A stretch of DNA of 64,000 nt from Octopus sinensis (taxonomy: Eukaryota). Below, one piece after another: positions 62,965-64,000 of this stretch. Position numbers and translations under genes: made by a program. Each line of letters begins with the position of its first letter. The first letter of the stretch is position 1. The stretch lies in contig NW_021833746.1 of NCBI RefSeq assembly GCF_006345805.1, forward strand, positions 7,766 through 71,765. The letters are read 5' to 3'. The notes below the pieces were generated by a model. It saw only the letters and a program-made list of their open reading frames with translations, did not search any database and was not told the DNA's origin.

Positions 62965-63100
62965 ATTTATCTCTCAATCAATTAATCAACCAGCCAATCA
63001 CTCTCTGTCTCTCTCTCAATCTATCTACACACGTGTGCACACGCACACACACACACACACACACACATTCTTACATATATATATATATATATATATATAA
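61500..63100. repeat. (CTTT)n, (CA)n, (TA)n and (TCTA)n microsatellite cluster
   Basis: Direct; interrupted by a GC-richer island at ~62170-62375. Confidence 0.9.
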
Positions 63101-63643
63101 AATCCTACCTTTATATAGACGCACACTCAGTTTATTCTCTCTTTCTCTTGATCTCTAAACCACCAACATTCTGTGAAACAGAAAACAAAAAAAAAAAAAA
63201 AAATTTCCACGAATTTCCTTCGGATTGTAAATAATTTCATTACTATTTTTAATGAAGCGTCACTCTTTGTCATATCTCTAACAAATAAATTTTCGGTTAA
63301 ATCATGCTGAAGATTTCAAAACAGAACGAAATAGTGCTATACATGAATACCACTGTCTAGAAATTGTAAGAACTTTGTAACAGAATATTCAGTATGAGAA
63401 CAGTTCCTCCTCCTCCTCCACATTGTCATCATCATTCAACGTCCATTTTCCATGCTGGCATGGGTTGGACGGTTCAACAGCTGGGGAGCTGCATTAGGAT
63501 CTAGTCTGATTTGGCTTGGTTTTTACTGCTGGGTGCCCTTCCTAACATCAACCACTTTACAGAGTGTACTTGTACCAGCAAGGGTGCTGACAGTGGGGAC
63601 AAACACACACATACACACATGAATATATACATGTATGTGTGTG

Positions 63644-63676
<33 letters not shown>

Positions 63677-63705
63677 AGAAATACATACATGTATACATAT
63701 ATAGA

Positions 63706-64000
63706 GCGGCTGTGTGGTAAGTAGCTTGTTTACCAACCACATGTTTCCGGATTCAGTCCCACTGCGTGGCACCTTGGGCAAGTGTCTTCTACTATAGCCT
63801 CGGGCCGACCAAAGCCTTGTGAGGGGGTTTGGTAGACGGAAACTGAAAGAAGCCCGTCGTATATATTTATATGGATATATTATGTGTGTTTTGTGTTCCT
63901 TATCTTGACCCCTGCATCGCTTGACAGCTGATGTTGGTGTGTTTGCGTCCCTATAACCTAGCAGTTCAGCAAAACGAGCGATAGAAAAAGTACTAGGCTT
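63706..64000 (+). mobile_element. SINE-A copy running off the window end
   Basis: Head and core match the family. Confidence 0.8.

Noticed and set aside
6858-63781. Recurrent ORFs such as MSSNARGTNTDT..., MPKVPRSGTEPGTMW..., MLAWVGRF...
   Set aside because: Chance frames in SINE-A and RTE 3' UTR copies, with inconsistent starts and stops between copies.
1-64000. Dozens of 60-240 aa ORFs rich in Y/I/H/T/V/C/L/S
   Set aside because: They are translations of microsatellites; no splice or domain support.

Overview
Eukaryotic, AT-rich, microsatellite- and transposon-dense DNA. The repeat landscape looks like an octopus (coleoid cephalopod) genome; this is inferred, not verified. The window lies inside one + strand gene with long introns. 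Six coding exons (1174-1254, 8706-8780, 10545-10691, 22646-22987, 24615-25013, 44617-45299) splice in frame to about 575 aa: an SH2D5-type PTB domain, a coiled-coil/poly-Q segment and a long Ser/Pro-rich linker. The start codon and any SH2 domain were not found in the window. Most of the rest is intronic repeat: more than 25 copies or fragments of one tRNA-derived SINE (called SINE-A here), three further SINE families, RTE, R4/Dong-like, HERO-like and Penelope retroelement remnants, Helitron, hAT, piggyBac-like and mariner DNA elements, fold-back palindromes, and satellites built from retroposon parts. Nearly all ORFs in the supplied track are artefacts of these repeats. The most notable observations are a recent 235-bp inverted templated copy bracketing the 683-nt exon (circRNA/ADAR-substrate candidate), a family of insertion-specific perfect palindromes, and two young satellites born from an RTE 3' UTR. 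No bacterial-type system or CRISPR array is present. Repeat boundaries are approximate unless stated.
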